Below are positions 1-10,003 of a stretch of 64,000 bases of DNA, one piece after another. The stretch's first letter is position 1, and each line of letters begins with the position of its first letter. The position numbers and the translations under genes are program-made. The notes below the pieces were generated by a model. It saw only the letters and a list, made by a program, of their open reading frames with translations, was not told where the DNA came from and made no database searches. The stretch comes from Patescibacteria group bacterium (GTDB lineage Bacteria > Patescibacteriota > Minisyncoccia > Phycocordibacterales > Phycocordibacteraceae). The stretch is from positions 19,648 through 83,647 of the forward strand of contig JAJDCJ010000016.1 in NCBI GenBank assembly GCA_029260935.1, given 5' to 3'.

Positions 1-395
1 ATACCAAGGGACACGAGACTAATTGCAATCAGTGCTTTTTTGAACAGTTCATTGCCGAGCGACGGCCCTATAGTTGAGGTGCGGACGAGTGTGACGTCTT
101 GGTTGAGTGAAAGGAGGCGGTCTTCAATAACACCAAGAGTGTCGGCGCTGAGTGTGGCTGTGCGCACAATGAACGCGCCATTTGTGGGGCGCACTGATAC
201 GTTTGTGTGTGCTACTTCTGTAACTATTCCTTCAATTGTTGCCTGTTCTGCCTGCCCTGCTCCTATTTCAATAAGGGTACCTCCGGTAAAATCAATGGAT
301 GGTTTGAGTCCGTAGACAGCAACGAGCGCCAGCGACGTTATCATCAGCGCGGCTGAAATGGAGAGGAATATTTTTCTAAATTGAATAACAAACAT
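1..395 (-). CDS. secF: protein translocase subunit SecF (5' part; 3' end runs off window start)
   Basis: Reverse-strand translation from ATG at 393-395 reads MFVIQFRKIFLSISAALMITSLALVAVYGLKPSIDFTGGTLIE..., the SecF N-terminus with DFTGG motif; lies directly downstream of secD. Not in ORF track because no stop inside window. Confidence 0.7.
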   Translation of the reverse strand, partial: MFVIQFRKIFLSISAALMITSLALVAVYGLKPSIDFTGGTLIEIGAGQAEQATIEGIVTEVAHTNVSVRPTNGAFIVRTATLSADTLGVIEDRLLSLNQDVTLVRTSTIGPSLGNELFKKALIAISLVSLG

Positions 396-399
396 ACTA

Positions 400-585
400 T
401 TATTTTATATTTTCCAAAACATCGGCAATGTCGTCGCCTAATTCGCGATCTTCAGTTTCTTGTGCAAATACCTGAAGTGCTTTTTGTGCTGCAGGGTCTT
501 TGAACGAGAGGATTATTTTATTGGGGGGCAAGTCAGGGTGCTTGTCGCTTTGAAATTGTCCGCTGTGGTTAATGTGATGTCCCAT
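400..585 (-). CDS. small His-rich hypothetical protein between secD and secF (61 aa if started at internal Met; ORF track gives 400..657)
   Basis: ATG 4 nt after secD stop; sequence MGHHINHSGQF...; no recognisable family; could be non-coding spacer. Confidence 0.25.
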   Translation of the reverse strand: MGHHINHSGQFQSDKHPDLPPNKIILSFKDPAAQKALQVFAQETEDRELGDDIADVLENIK

Positions 586-589
586 AAAA

Positions 590-1876
590 TTATGTTTTAA
601 ATCCGCTACCGAATAATGCTTTGGTGCGACTGCGCGCCCAGTCAAAGGCAAGTGCAAGGAGGAACGTACGCGACACGGTAACTGCAGAGAGCATTGACGT
701 TAATACGCCGAGCGCGAACACCAACGCAAACCCTTTAATCAGTGCTGTTCCAAACCAGAAGAGTACGAACGCCGAGATAAGACTGGAGAGGTTTGAGTCG
801 CGGATAGAGGGCCACGCACGACTGAAGCCATCCTTCATTGACTCGGCAAGTGACTTCCCTCCTTTTAATTCTTCTTTCATACGCTCAAAAATAAGTACAT
901 TTGCATCAACTGCCATACCGACCGAGAGTATGAATGCGGCAACGCCTGCTGCGGTCAAGGTGACGGGAATGAGTTTAAAGAGCGAGAGAATGATGGCGCC
1001 GTAAAGGGAGAGGGCGACGACTGAAACGAGGCCGGGAATGCGGTACCAGATAATCATAAAGACTGCGACGAGGAGGAACCCAATGAGCCCCGCTATAATG
1101 CCTGCCTCTAGTGTTTCCTCGCCGAGCGAGGGACCAATTGATTGGGAAGAGATGAGCTCAATGGGAAGTGGGAGCGCGCCGAAGTTTAGGTCGCGCACGA
1201 GTGTGCGTGCTTCCTCAGGGGTAAAGTTTCCTGAAATGGTTGCAACACCTCCTGCAATGGGGCCGTTAATAACGGGTAAAGAGACGGGGGCGGCGTCAAG
1301 GAATATGCCGAGGACTTCGCTTACGTGCGCTTCGGTAATATCTTCAAAGAGGTCGGCACCTTCATTGTTAAAATAAAGAACAACAGTTGGGTCGTTTGAG
1401 GTGCCTGCGTGTCCGCCTTGTCCAAACTGAAGTTGGGCACGCTGTACAAAACGCCCTGAAAGGCCAGTGTTTACATACGTTACGTTACCAACATCATCTA
1501 TTTCCTGGAGGCGGAACTCAAGCGTTGGTGTTTCGCCGATGAGTCGGACTGCTTCGTCAAGGTCGGTGACGCCGGGCAATTCAACAACGAGGCGTTGGTC
1601 GCCAGAGAATGTTTTTTCTGTCTGCACTATGGGCTCTGACACGCCAAACAAGTTGGTGCGTCTTTCTACTACTTCGCGCAAAGACGACATAGCGTCTTTA
1701 ACATCTTCTTCAAAAACTGCACTGGTGTCGGCTTGGTACACCAAGTGGGTACCACCGGCTAAATCAAGTCCAAGGCGGAACGGGAAGCGTGCGGTGTCGG
1801 TGTTTGATGTTGCAACAAACCATCCGATAAACGCGCCAAAAAGAAGTATGAGTACTGCAAAAATTCGTATCTTCAT
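590..1876 (-). CDS. secD: protein translocase subunit SecD
   Basis: 428 aa; N-terminal TM then LGLDLAGG motif, periplasmic domain, C-terminal multi-TM region typical of SecD; followed by secF. Confidence 0.85.
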   Translation of the reverse strand: MKIRIFAVLILLFGAFIGWFVATSNTDTARFPFRLGLDLAGGTHLVYQADTSAVFEEDVKDAMSSLREVVERRTNLFGVSEPIVQTEKTFSGDQRLVVELPGVTDLDEAVRLIGETPTLEFRLQEIDDVGNVTYVNTGLSGRFVQRAQLQFGQGGHAGTSNDPTVVLYFNNEGADLFEDITEAHVSEVLGIFLDAAPVSLPVINGPIAGGVATISGNFTPEEARTLVRDLNFGALPLPIELISSQSIGPSLGEETLEAGIIAGLIGFLLVAVFMIIWYRIPGLVSVVALSLYGAIILSLFKLIPVTLTAAGVAAFILSVGMAVDANVLIFERMKEELKGGKSLAESMKDGFSRAWPSIRDSNLSSLISAFVLFWFGTALIKGFALVFALGVLTSMLSAVTVSRTFLLALAFDWARSRTKALFGSGFKT

Positions 1877-1911
1877 TACCGCTATAGTATGCCATAGTTG
1901 AGCGCTCGGCT

Positions 1912-2739
1912 CTAGGGGGTATGTATTGAGGAGTGAGTACCGCGTGTCAGTGCCAGTAGGTTTGCAAATATTTCCACCACGGCAACGGGGCCAATACCAC
2001 CGGGGACGGGTGTAAAGAAAGATGCTTTTTCCGCGACGTTCGGGTCGGCGTCGCCTACGACTGAACCACCTGACTCGCTGGTGCCGGCGTCAAATATAAC
2101 AACTCCTTCTTTGACCATGTCGGGTTGGATAAGAGCCGGCGAGCCGGCGCCGAGCACTACTATGTCTGCGTCGCTCACTGACGTTTCTACATCATCACTT
2201 CTGTCAAGCACAGTGACGATACCACCTCGCATTTTCATGAGATGAAAAGCAGGTGCGCCAACAAGTCTTCCCTTCCCTACTATCACTACTTTTTTATTTT
2301 CAATTGCAATGTTGTACTCGTCTATGATTTCATTAATGGCGCTGACCACCGGTGGCATGACATTGTGTTTTCCATTTTCAAAAAGTTTTACGGAATCGTG
2401 CGAAATGACATCCACGTCTTTGTTGGTCGGCAGAGCGTCAATAACTTCCTGCTCGTCAATAGTTGCAGGGAGCGGAAGCTGAACAATAATGCCCGAATGT
2501 TCTTTGGCTTGCATAACTAAACCCATTATGTCTTTGGTGTTTGCGTTAAATGGTGCAACATAGCGGTGTAATGTGATATCAAGGGCATTGGCTGTTTTCT
2601 CTTTGATGCGAAGGTATGAAGATGTGACCGGGTCGTGCGAGGCAACTATTACACCAAGCGAAAGCGCGCCGAAGTTTTTCCGCTCGTATTGTAAAGCCGT
2701 CAAGCGTTTCTTTGAAAACTTTTTTCCGTTGAAGATCAT
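1912..2739 (-). CDS. folD: bifunctional methylenetetrahydrofolate dehydrogenase/cyclohydrolase FolD
   Basis: MIFNGKKFSKKRL... start typical of FolD; Rossmann VVIVGKGRLVGAP, PGGIGPV motif; ORF track start at 2793 probably upstream over-extension. Confidence 0.85.
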   Translation of the reverse strand: MIFNGKKFSKKRLTALQYERKNFGALSLGVIVASHDPVTSSYLRIKEKTANALDITLHRYVAPFNANTKDIMGLVMQAKEHSGIIVQLPLPATIDEQEVIDALPTNKDVDVISHDSVKLFENGKHNVMPPVVSAINEIIDEYNIAIENKKVVIVGKGRLVGAPAFHLMKMRGGIVTVLDRSDDVETSVSDADIVVLGAGSPALIQPDMVKEGVVIFDAGTSESGGSVVGDADPNVAEKASFFTPVPGGIGPVAVVEIFANLLALTRGTHSSIHTP

Positions 2740-2949
2740 ATTTACTCTAGTGGCTTTTGTCCAAAATCTCTGCTGGCCCCGAAGTGAAGCCATCTTTCAC
2801 GAATAATGTGAGCCTCAAAATAGGCTCCTTTGTGCACTAATCCTGGCATTATATCGTCAAAGTCGCAATAGTCCTTAAGTGGAAGAGATCGACAAACATT
2901 GGTAAACGAAGCGTTGAAGTATCTGGCCCCAACATCGCTGTAATATCCA

Positions 2950-3381
2950 TTACCCTCTTTTTTTGTTCCAGCACTTCCTAATATTTGAGGTTGAAAGGTT
3001 GTGGTCTCTGTTGTGATAATAGATTTCGTGTGGTAAGTGGTTGCCTGTGAAATACTGTCCTTTGTGATCCAATCCCATTATTTGCATAGTAATATCTGGC
3101 TGTTCTAATATCTTCAATAATTCTTCTTCTGTTGTATATGTCACGACTTCATCAACATACCTTATTGCGGCTACCAGATTGACACGTTCTTTTAGTGTCA
3201 ACACTGGTTTATGTTTTTCTTTACGACGTATTGTTGGGTCATCTTCTATAGCAACAAGAAGGTAGTTACAATGTCTTTTGGCATCTTTAAATAAGAAAAT
3301 ATGTCCGCAATGCAAAAGATCGAAAACTCCACAAATACAAGCTTTTTTTGGTTTGATACTCTGGTTACTATTGTTCTTCAT
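2950..3381 (-). CDS. cytidylyltransferase-like nucleotidyltransferase (RfaE domain II / glycerol-3-phosphate cytidylyltransferase family)
   Basis: CGVFDLLHCGH (HxGH) motif, 143 aa, first gene of sugar-modification cluster. Confidence 0.6.
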   Translation of the reverse strand: MKNNSNQSIKPKKACICGVFDLLHCGHIFLFKDAKRHCNYLLVAIEDDPTIRRKEKHKPVLTLKERVNLVAAIRYVDEVVTYTTEEELLKILEQPDITMQIMGLDHKGQYFTGNHLPHEIYYHNRDHNLSTSNIRKCWNKKRG

Positions 3382-4456
3382 AAATTGTTCTCAACTCTTC
3401 TGGTACCACATACTCATATCGTCCGCCAGTTTTAGAAAACGCTGTTACTGAATCGTATTTATATCTATATCCAAGTTCGTTGGTTACTTTTATACCATCC
3501 ATTACAATTGGATAACTATAGAAACGCCACACACCTGCTGCTGTTGGAACTTTGCCAAAAGTAAGATGTCTCATTACAAAAAAAACAACTCGTACGACTG
3601 ACGGTGGGAAAATGACTACCTTCTTTCCTATCGCTCGCCCCATATCTTCAGGCAATACCACGTTCCCCGGTGGTGCAAGGTTATACAAATTTATTTTGTT
3701 CGGTGCACCACTGAATACCAAAATCGTCAGAATGTCAGCAATGTCATCCTCATGAATAAATTGCCTACACCACTTTTTTGTTGCAGGAACTACACTGGTA
3801 AGTGCATTCACTAATGTATATGCGAATTCACCTTTTAATTTGCCAGAAAGTGCAGATTGAAGCCCGAACCGAATGCGTGAGAATCTTCCGCGAGGCCCAG
3901 TAATAGCCGCGGGTCTAATGATTGATACTTGCACATCTCCTGTTTCGCCACGCCCTATTCGGGCACATAGATCTTCTTCGACCACTTTTTTTTCTTTTGC
4001 GTATAAGTATACTTCATCCTTGAGCGGTGCTTCAGCATCAAATAATTCATCAATTTCATTGTCGGGGAATGCCCCAAAAATAGATGCTGTTGAGAAATAA
4101 ATGAGACGATCAACACTTGGTAAAGAAAAGACAAAATCAAAAATATCTTTTGATCCGGTGACATTCCAAAGCCATTGTTTTTTAGGATTGAAATGTAGGT
4201 TCCTAATTTGCCATGCTGCATGAATAACAATGTCTGGGTTTTTAGCCCGAACTTTTTCTTGCCACGAATGGTCTGATGTATTTGCGTGAACCCATGTTAC
4301 CTTTTCTTTATTAGCAATAAACTCTGCCGGCTCTTCCATATCAAGTGCAATAATTTCTGCAACATCGTCCCTCTCTGACCATTGATCAATGAGCATGGCA
4401 CCAACATATCCTGCTGCACCAGTAAGAAAAATTGTATGTGTATTTTTATTTTCCAT
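3368..4456 (-). CDS. NAD-dependent epimerase/dehydratase (SDR family)
   Basis: TGAAGYVG Rossmann motif at N-terminus, 362 aa; 14-nt overlap with downstream gene. Confidence 0.75.
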   Translation of the reverse strand: MENKNTHTIFLTGAAGYVGAMLIDQWSERDDVAEIIALDMEEPAEFIANKEKVTWVHANTSDHSWQEKVRAKNPDIVIHAAWQIRNLHFNPKKQWLWNVTGSKDIFDFVFSLPSVDRLIYFSTASIFGAFPDNEIDELFDAEAPLKDEVYLYAKEKKVVEEDLCARIGRGETGDVQVSIIRPAAITGPRGRFSRIRFGLQSALSGKLKGEFAYTLVNALTSVVPATKKWCRQFIHEDDIADILTILVFSGAPNKINLYNLAPPGNVVLPEDMGRAIGKKVVIFPPSVVRVVFFVMRHLTFGKVPTAAGVWRFYSYPIVMDGIKVTNELGYRYKYDSVTAFSKTGGRYEYVVPEELRTIYEEQ

Positions 4457-5825
4457 GTTTTCTATGCGGGATAAGTCTTACAAAAAGTGTCTTGATAGTT
4501 CTAAGGGCAATCGAGAGATCCAGAAGGAGCGAGCGATGCTTGATATAGTATAAATCATATGCAAGCCTAATGCGCGACTCTTCAATAGATTGTGGGCTAA
4601 TGTGTCCAGGTGTATATCGCTGGTTTATTTGTGCCCACCCTGAGATACCTGGTGTTGTTTTATAACGCATATTGTAAAATGGTATAGCTTCAGCGAGTCG
4701 CTCTGCAAGGCCGCTCACATCACTTCTAGGACCAATAAAAGATAGATCTCCCCGCAAAACAGCAGTCACTTGAGGCAATTCATCGATGGATGTTCTTCTT
4801 AAAAAGGCGCCTACTGTAGTTACTTTGTTTTGCGTTTCTCCAATCCATGAACTATGTTCAACAGCGGTCATGGTGCGAAATTTGTACACATGTATCTTTT
4901 TCCTGTTCTTCCCAACCCTCTCTTGACGTATAAATAAAGGACCTGGGTCTTCAAGCCGTATTGCGATGTATACAAATGGAGTCACAAGAATAAGCACGAA
5001 AGAAATGACAGCTGAAAAAAATAAATCAATAACACGCTTTACCAGCTCATAAAGAACATGTTGGTTTGTTTCAAAGTTTTCAAGAAATTGATTATTTGAA
5101 AGTTGTGAAAGTGGGACTTTATTAAAAATTTCTTCGTAAAGTTTACCAAAATTAACCATCTGGGCTCCAGATTGGATAAATGTTAAATTATAAAAAATCG
5201 AAAGAAGTATACCGGAGTCTGCTCCATGGGTATCGGCAACAACCACATCCACCTCACCTTTGGCGAGGCATGCAAGTATCTTTTTTTGGATAACTTCTGG
5301 GTTTTGGTTCTTCGAAATATCAATAACTTCAACACATTCAAATCTGTAAGAATTGTTTGTATTAATTTCATCAACCATTTCTTCTAGATCCTTCCCAACA
5401 CCAACAATAATTGCTTTGTTACGATTTTTAAACTCAAATAACGGAAAAACCACCAGCCGCCACCACACTATGAGTAATGAAGAAAAAACGAGAAAGATAA
5501 TGAGGTTTGTTTTTGGTGTAATGCCGAAATATGGAATAAGAAAAAAGAAACTCGCGGCTAAAATTGTATTGAAAGTCTGAGCTCCAACGACGGTTCCAGG
5601 AAGTGCATTTTTAAAAAATGAAGTATGCTTTTCATATAAACCAGCAATAAAAAATAGAAATATAGAAACAACAAACAATACTGAAAATGGAACTAGGTGA
5701 AGATAATACAATTCCCACGAAGGAACTTCTACATAACGAACCAAAAGCGCTATGTAGAGAGAAAGTATTAGCGCGGCCATGTCACCTACAACAAGAAGTG
5801 GCCATTCTCTGCGACTTATTTTCAT
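4446..5825 (-). CDS. polyprenyl-phosphate sugar phosphotransferase (bacterial sugar transferase, WbaP/WcaJ-like), paralogue 1
   Basis: N-terminal TM helices, central domain, C-terminal DELPQ...RGDLSFIGPRP sugar-transferase motif; ORF extends to 5960 but start aligned with paralogue (MKISRREWPLLVVGD). Confidence 0.8.
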   Translation of the reverse strand: MKISRREWPLLVVGDMAALILSLYIALLVRYVEVPSWELYYLHLVPFSVLFVVSIFLFFIAGLYEKHTSFFKNALPGTVVGAQTFNTILAASFFFLIPYFGITPKTNLIIFLVFSSLLIVWWRLVVFPLFEFKNRNKAIIVGVGKDLEEMVDEINTNNSYRFECVEVIDISKNQNPEVIQKKILACLAKGEVDVVVADTHGADSGILLSIFYNLTFIQSGAQMVNFGKLYEEIFNKVPLSQLSNNQFLENFETNQHVLYELVKRVIDLFFSAVISFVLILVTPFVYIAIRLEDPGPLFIRQERVGKNRKKIHVYKFRTMTAVEHSSWIGETQNKVTTVGAFLRRTSIDELPQVTAVLRGDLSFIGPRSDVSGLAERLAEAIPFYNMRYKTTPGISGWAQINQRYTPGHISPQSIEESRIRLAYDLYYIKHRSLLLDLSIALRTIKTLFVRLIPHRKHGK

Positions 5826-6158
5826 GCTTGTTATAGTACCAAAATTGACACATAAAAGGTATAGTGCTGGTACTATAAAGAAAATATCTAGAAAACGAAA
5901 GAAAAATTTATATATTGTAACAAAATCAAATTTTGGTGGAGCCAAAAGATCCGAACGCACTCGCTGACGCTATAAAACGGCTCACCCTTGATGAGCCGTT
6001 TTGTCAGAAACTTAGCACGGCGCTCAAAAAGAAGATCAAATGAGAATTCTCGCTCGGTTCAATGGTTTGAGAAACTGCGACACTCTACGAAACGGAAAAT
6101 AATATCTAACCGCGGCGAGAGAGTAGACCCGAGACAACGCCCCATTCCTCTGTGGAAG

Positions 6159-7523
6159 CTATTTACCCAAACGAGAGAGAATAATTTGTATGGTTCTGAG
6201 GGCTATCAAGAGATCAAGGAAAAATGAGCGGTGCTTAATATAGTAGAGATCGTAGGAGAGTTTTACTTTTGTTTCGGTAATATCGGCTCCATGGTGTGGG
6301 TGTGCCTGATGGTGAATTTGTGCCCAGCCCGACAGCCCGGGTTTGACAAGGTGGCGCGCCGTGTAATGGGGGATTTTATCCGTATATACGGACACTAAAT
6401 CGCGGAGTTCTGGGCGTGGGCCAATGAGGGACTGGTCCCCCATTAATACAGACCAGAGCTGTGGGAGTTCGTCTATTCTAAAGTCTCGCAACAGCGCGCC
6501 CACTTTTGTTACCTTTTTTTTGCTCTTCAAAACATCGGCACCGGTGTCACTTTTAGTGCCACTCATGCTTCTAAACTTAGCAATTGCAATAGATTGCTGT
6601 CCTTGGCCAACGCGTTCCTGCGTAATAAAAAGAGGGCCACCGTCTTCAATTTTGATGGTAAGCCACACAAACGGATACAAGACGAGAGAACCAACGCCGA
6701 TAATGAGCGCGGCTACAACATCGCCGGTACGTTTGAAGGCATCATAAAAAGTGTGGCGATCGGATGTTACATGTTCTACAAACCACTCGGGCCCAATAAG
6801 TGTGGTGGGAATGCGCTCAAACACGTCTTCGTATACATTTGCCATGTCTACAATATTTATTTTTGTTTGTACGAACGAGAGGTTATAGAGAAGAGGAAGT
6901 ATTAACTCAACTTCGCGGTCTCGCATGTCAGTAACGATAGTAGTGACGCCGTCTTTAGTGATGCGTTTCAGGACGTCTCTTTGAATGTCGTTTGGATTGC
7001 CGTCGCGGTGAACGTCAACGACGCATTCAAAGTTGAGTGCGTAATGGTTGTTTGCTTTCACTTCCTCATACAATTCTTGAATTTCTTTACCGGTTCCCAA
7101 CAAAATTGCTTTTTCGCGGTTTTTAAAACCAAAACGTGGAAACAGAGTAAGGCGCCACAGTATGATGAGTGAGGAAGATATGATAAGGAAAATAACAAGG
7201 TTTGTTTTTGGAGTGATGCCAAAATATGGGATAAGGAAAAAGAACGCGGCGGCAATTAAAATGTTTATTACCTGTGCACGAGCGACTATATCGGGTAATT
7301 GCAGACGCATCATGGTTGTTTGTTTTTCATACATGCCCGCAATAACGAAAACAAGCAACCATGCAATTGCCAAAAGAGAGAACGGGAGGAGGTGTGCGAT
7401 GAATAAGTCGGGCGAAGGTGGCTCTACATACCGAACAAGTAGTGTTAAATAAAGCGAAATGGTTAATACCACCAGGTCGCCAAACACCAGAAAGAGTCCG
7501 TCCCGTCTGCTCAGTGAGCGCAT
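6159..7523 (-). CDS. polyprenyl-phosphate sugar phosphotransferase, paralogue 2
   Basis: Same architecture; DELPQLWSVLMGDQSLIGPRPE motif; alignable over full length with 4446..5825 product. Confidence 0.8.
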   Translation of the reverse strand: MRSLSRRDGLFLVFGDLVVLTISLYLTLLVRYVEPPSPDLFIAHLLPFSLLAIAWLLVFVIAGMYEKQTTMMRLQLPDIVARAQVINILIAAAFFFLIPYFGITPKTNLVIFLIISSSLIILWRLTLFPRFGFKNREKAILLGTGKEIQELYEEVKANNHYALNFECVVDVHRDGNPNDIQRDVLKRITKDGVTTIVTDMRDREVELILPLLYNLSFVQTKINIVDMANVYEDVFERIPTTLIGPEWFVEHVTSDRHTFYDAFKRTGDVVAALIIGVGSLVLYPFVWLTIKIEDGGPLFITQERVGQGQQSIAIAKFRSMSGTKSDTGADVLKSKKKVTKVGALLRDFRIDELPQLWSVLMGDQSLIGPRPELRDLVSVYTDKIPHYTARHLVKPGLSGWAQIHHQAHPHHGADITETKVKLSYDLYYIKHRSFFLDLLIALRTIQIILSRLGK

Positions 7524-7585
7524 AATTACACTCATAATACCAGGCAAAGTAACAATTGGATACAATCTGTAGTACTATTTTAGGG

Positions 7586-8704
7586 ATGGAAAACAATCGG
7601 AAAAAAGTCTTGTTTATAGTCACAAAATCCGTGATGGGAGGTGCCTCACGGTATACTTTTGAGCTGGCTCTCGGTGTGAAAGACACTCACGATGTGCAGA
7701 TAGTCGCCGGGGGTTCCGGCGAGCTTTTTGAGCAGGCAAAGAAGGCGGGCATCGCTACAGTTTCTATTCCGAACTTAGCGCGTGACATTAGTATTTTTAA
7801 AGAGATACAGTCCTTTTTATTTTTTGTATCACTGTTCAAAAAGGAACACCCTGACGTGGTGCATGTAAATAGCCCAAAGGTAGGAGGGCTGGGGGGGCTT
7901 GCCGCACGTATAGCTGGTGTTAAAAAAATTATTTACACGGCGCACGGCTGGGCATTTTTTGAAGACCGCCCACACTACCAAAAACTATTGATACGCTTTT
8001 TCTCGTATGTCACCGTACTGCTGGTTACAAAAGTAATTGCGGTGAGTAAAAAAGACGCGCATGCATTTGATGGCTGGCTGTTTACCAAAAACAAAATTAT
8101 ACATATTCCAAATGGTGTGACACTCAATGCGCACGTTACCCACGAGGAAGCGCGTACTGTGTTGCACTCGTATGACATTCCCACTCGCGGTATGATTGTC
8201 GGCACGATCGCCGAGCTTCACAACAACAAAGGGCTCACGTATTTAATTGAAGCGGCAAAGGATATTTCTGACGCGACGTTTGTGGTAATAGGCACAGGTG
8301 AAGAGGAAGACGCGCTGCGCGCGCTGGTACAAAAAACAAATCTCGGTGCGCGCTTTTTCTTCACTGGCTACATACCAAACGCGGCGCGCCTGATTAGTGG
8401 TTTTGATATTTTTGTCCTTCCTTCACTAAAGGAGGGTCTGCCGTATGTACTGCTTGAAGCTGGTGCACAGGGCGTTCCTGTTGTTGCAAGTAATGTCGGC
8501 GGTATTCCTGAAATTATTGAAGACGGAAAGTCGGGGTTGTTGGTCTCTGCAAAAAAACCTTCCGAGCTAAAAACAGCGATAGGTGAACTGCTAAAAGACG
8601 AGGAAAAAAGATGGCTGTTTAGCGCTGCGTTAAAAACGAAAATAGCTGAAGAATTTTCTCTTAAGGGAATGATTCAAAAAACGGTGGCTGTGTACAGCTC
8701 CTAG
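7586..8704 (+). CDS. glycosyltransferase family 4
   Basis: C-terminal EGLPYVLLEAGAQGVPVVASNVGGIPEII (GT4 E-x7-E region); start chosen at MENNRKKVLFIV (ORF from 7556). Confidence 0.8.
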   Translation: MENNRKKVLFIVTKSVMGGASRYTFELALGVKDTHDVQIVAGGSGELFEQAKKAGIATVSIPNLARDISIFKEIQSFLFFVSLFKKEHPDVVHVNSPKVGGLGGLAARIAGVKKIIYTAHGWAFFEDRPHYQKLLIRFFSYVTVLLVTKVIAVSKKDAHAFDGWLFTKNKIIHIPNGVTLNAHVTHEEARTVLHSYDIPTRGMIVGTIAELHNNKGLTYLIEAAKDISDATFVVIGTGEEEDALRALVQKTNLGARFFFTGYIPNAARLISGFDIFVLPSLKEGLPYVLLEAGAQGVPVVASNVGGIPEIIEDGKSGLLVSAKKPSELKTAIGELLKDEEKRWLFSAALKTKIAEEFSLKGMIQKTVAVYSS

Positions 8705-8886
8705 TCACAGATAATTCCCTCGTCAGCCATTCGGGAATTTCCGCGACCCGATAAAAGCGACTTCGGGTAGCTTTTATCCGTGAGGAGAGAAGCGACTACA
8801 CGTGAGACGATTGGCGTGCTCGCAAAACATGGCTCCGGTCCGTTCGTGTGTTCATGAAAGTGCAGTAGTGCACTTTCATGAACCAC
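8704..8886. repeat. structured noncoding repeat, copy C
   Basis: See 63151..63339; the overlapping 61-aa ORF 8701..8886 is not conserved in frame with the other copy. Confidence 0.5.
8853..8884. terminator. 14-bp-stem hairpin TTCATGAAAGTGCA-GTAG-TGCACTTTCATGAA between convergent GT4 and ftsW-family genes
   Basis: Perfect inverted repeat seen in sequence; no strong U-run, so may be a structural element of the repeat described in findings. Confidence 0.4.
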
Positions 8887-10002
8887 TCACGCGCCCACCA
8901 CCTCATGGCGGGTGTCTTCGTGAACAAGTCTGCGATAGCCGTACATTGAGGAAATTATACCGAGCATAAGGTATTCAATAATGAGGTGAGAGCCACCGTA
9001 GCTCATAAACGGAAGTGTGGTGCCGGTAACGGGAAGCAGACCGATATTCATTCCAATGTGAATAGTAAGGTGCACGACAATAAGCACCCCTACCCCGAGA
9101 GTAAAGAGTGTTTCAAAATTAGTGGCACCATGGCGAGCGTTTACTACAATACGCCACAAAAGTATGCCAAATAATAAGAACAGGAGGAGGGCGCCACCAA
9201 ACCCCCACTCTTCAGAAAAGGCGGCAAAGATGAAGTCAGTTTCATGTTCCGGAAGAAACTGGAGACGCGACTGTGTGCCATAGCCAATTCCCTTCCCAAG
9301 AAGTCCACCGGAGCCGACGGCAACCGTTGATTGAAATGCGTTGTAGCCAGCCCCTTGAATGTCGGCAAGCGGGTGAATGAACGTGAGGACGCGTGTTTTT
9401 TGATAGTCGGCAAACGCAAACGTCCAGAGAGAAGCCGCTGTTATCAGCCCTATACCTAAAAGAAATGCGAGGTGTCTGAGCGGAATGCCGGCGAGGAGCA
9501 CCACACCCACCCAGACACCGAGGATAATAATTGCCGAACCGAAGTCGGGTTGTAAAAACAGAAGAATGAAAATAATTGCAGTGTATATTCCAGAGACAAT
9601 AATATGCCTCATGCGTGCTATTTCAATGTGACGACGTGAGAAGTACTTTGCCAACATAATAATGAGCGCTAGTTTTGCCGGGTCTGCCGGTTGGATTGAA
9701 ATAGGACCGAGACTAATCCAGCTTTGTGCGCCCTGAAAGGTTGAGCCGATAAGAAAAAGAGACAATAGAAGCAGGAGTGCGATGATGTATATACTGACAA
9801 CACTTACTGTGCGACGCAAAAAACGCCAATCTATAAGGTGTGCCCCGAAAAAAACCATCAACCCTAAAAAGAGCCACACTACTTGGCGTGGGGCAAACTG
9901 GTTATCATTTCCAAACTCATACATACTCACAATCCCCAAAAAAGTGATGACGACCGCAGCACCAACGAGCACCCAGTCAATGCGCTGTAGAAGTGCCCTC
10001 AT
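8887..10002 (-). CDS. FtsW/RodA/SpoVE (SEDS) family peptidoglycan polymerase
   Basis: 371 aa, 10 predicted TM segments, conserved SEDS blocks (GSGGLLGKG, PFMSYGGS). Confidence 0.8.
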   Translation of the reverse strand: MRALLQRIDWVLVGAAVVITFLGIVSMYEFGNDNQFAPRQVVWLFLGLMVFFGAHLIDWRFLRRTVSVVSIYIIALLLLLSLFLIGSTFQGAQSWISLGPISIQPADPAKLALIIMLAKYFSRRHIEIARMRHIIVSGIYTAIIFILLFLQPDFGSAIIILGVWVGVVLLAGIPLRHLAFLLGIGLITAASLWTFAFADYQKTRVLTFIHPLADIQGAGYNAFQSTVAVGSGGLLGKGIGYGTQSRLQFLPEHETDFIFAAFSEEWGFGGALLLFLLFGILLWRIVVNARHGATNFETLFTLGVGVLIVVHLTIHIGMNIGLLPVTGTTLPFMSYGGSHLIIEYLMLGIISSMYGYRRLVHEDTRHEVVGA

Positions 10003-10003
10003 A

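Noticed and set aside
40-315. 91-aa plus-strand ORF at window start
   Set aside because: Lies antisense to the clearly recognisable secF coding sequence on the minus strand (MFVIQFRKIF...DFTGGTLIE); composition-driven spurious ORF.
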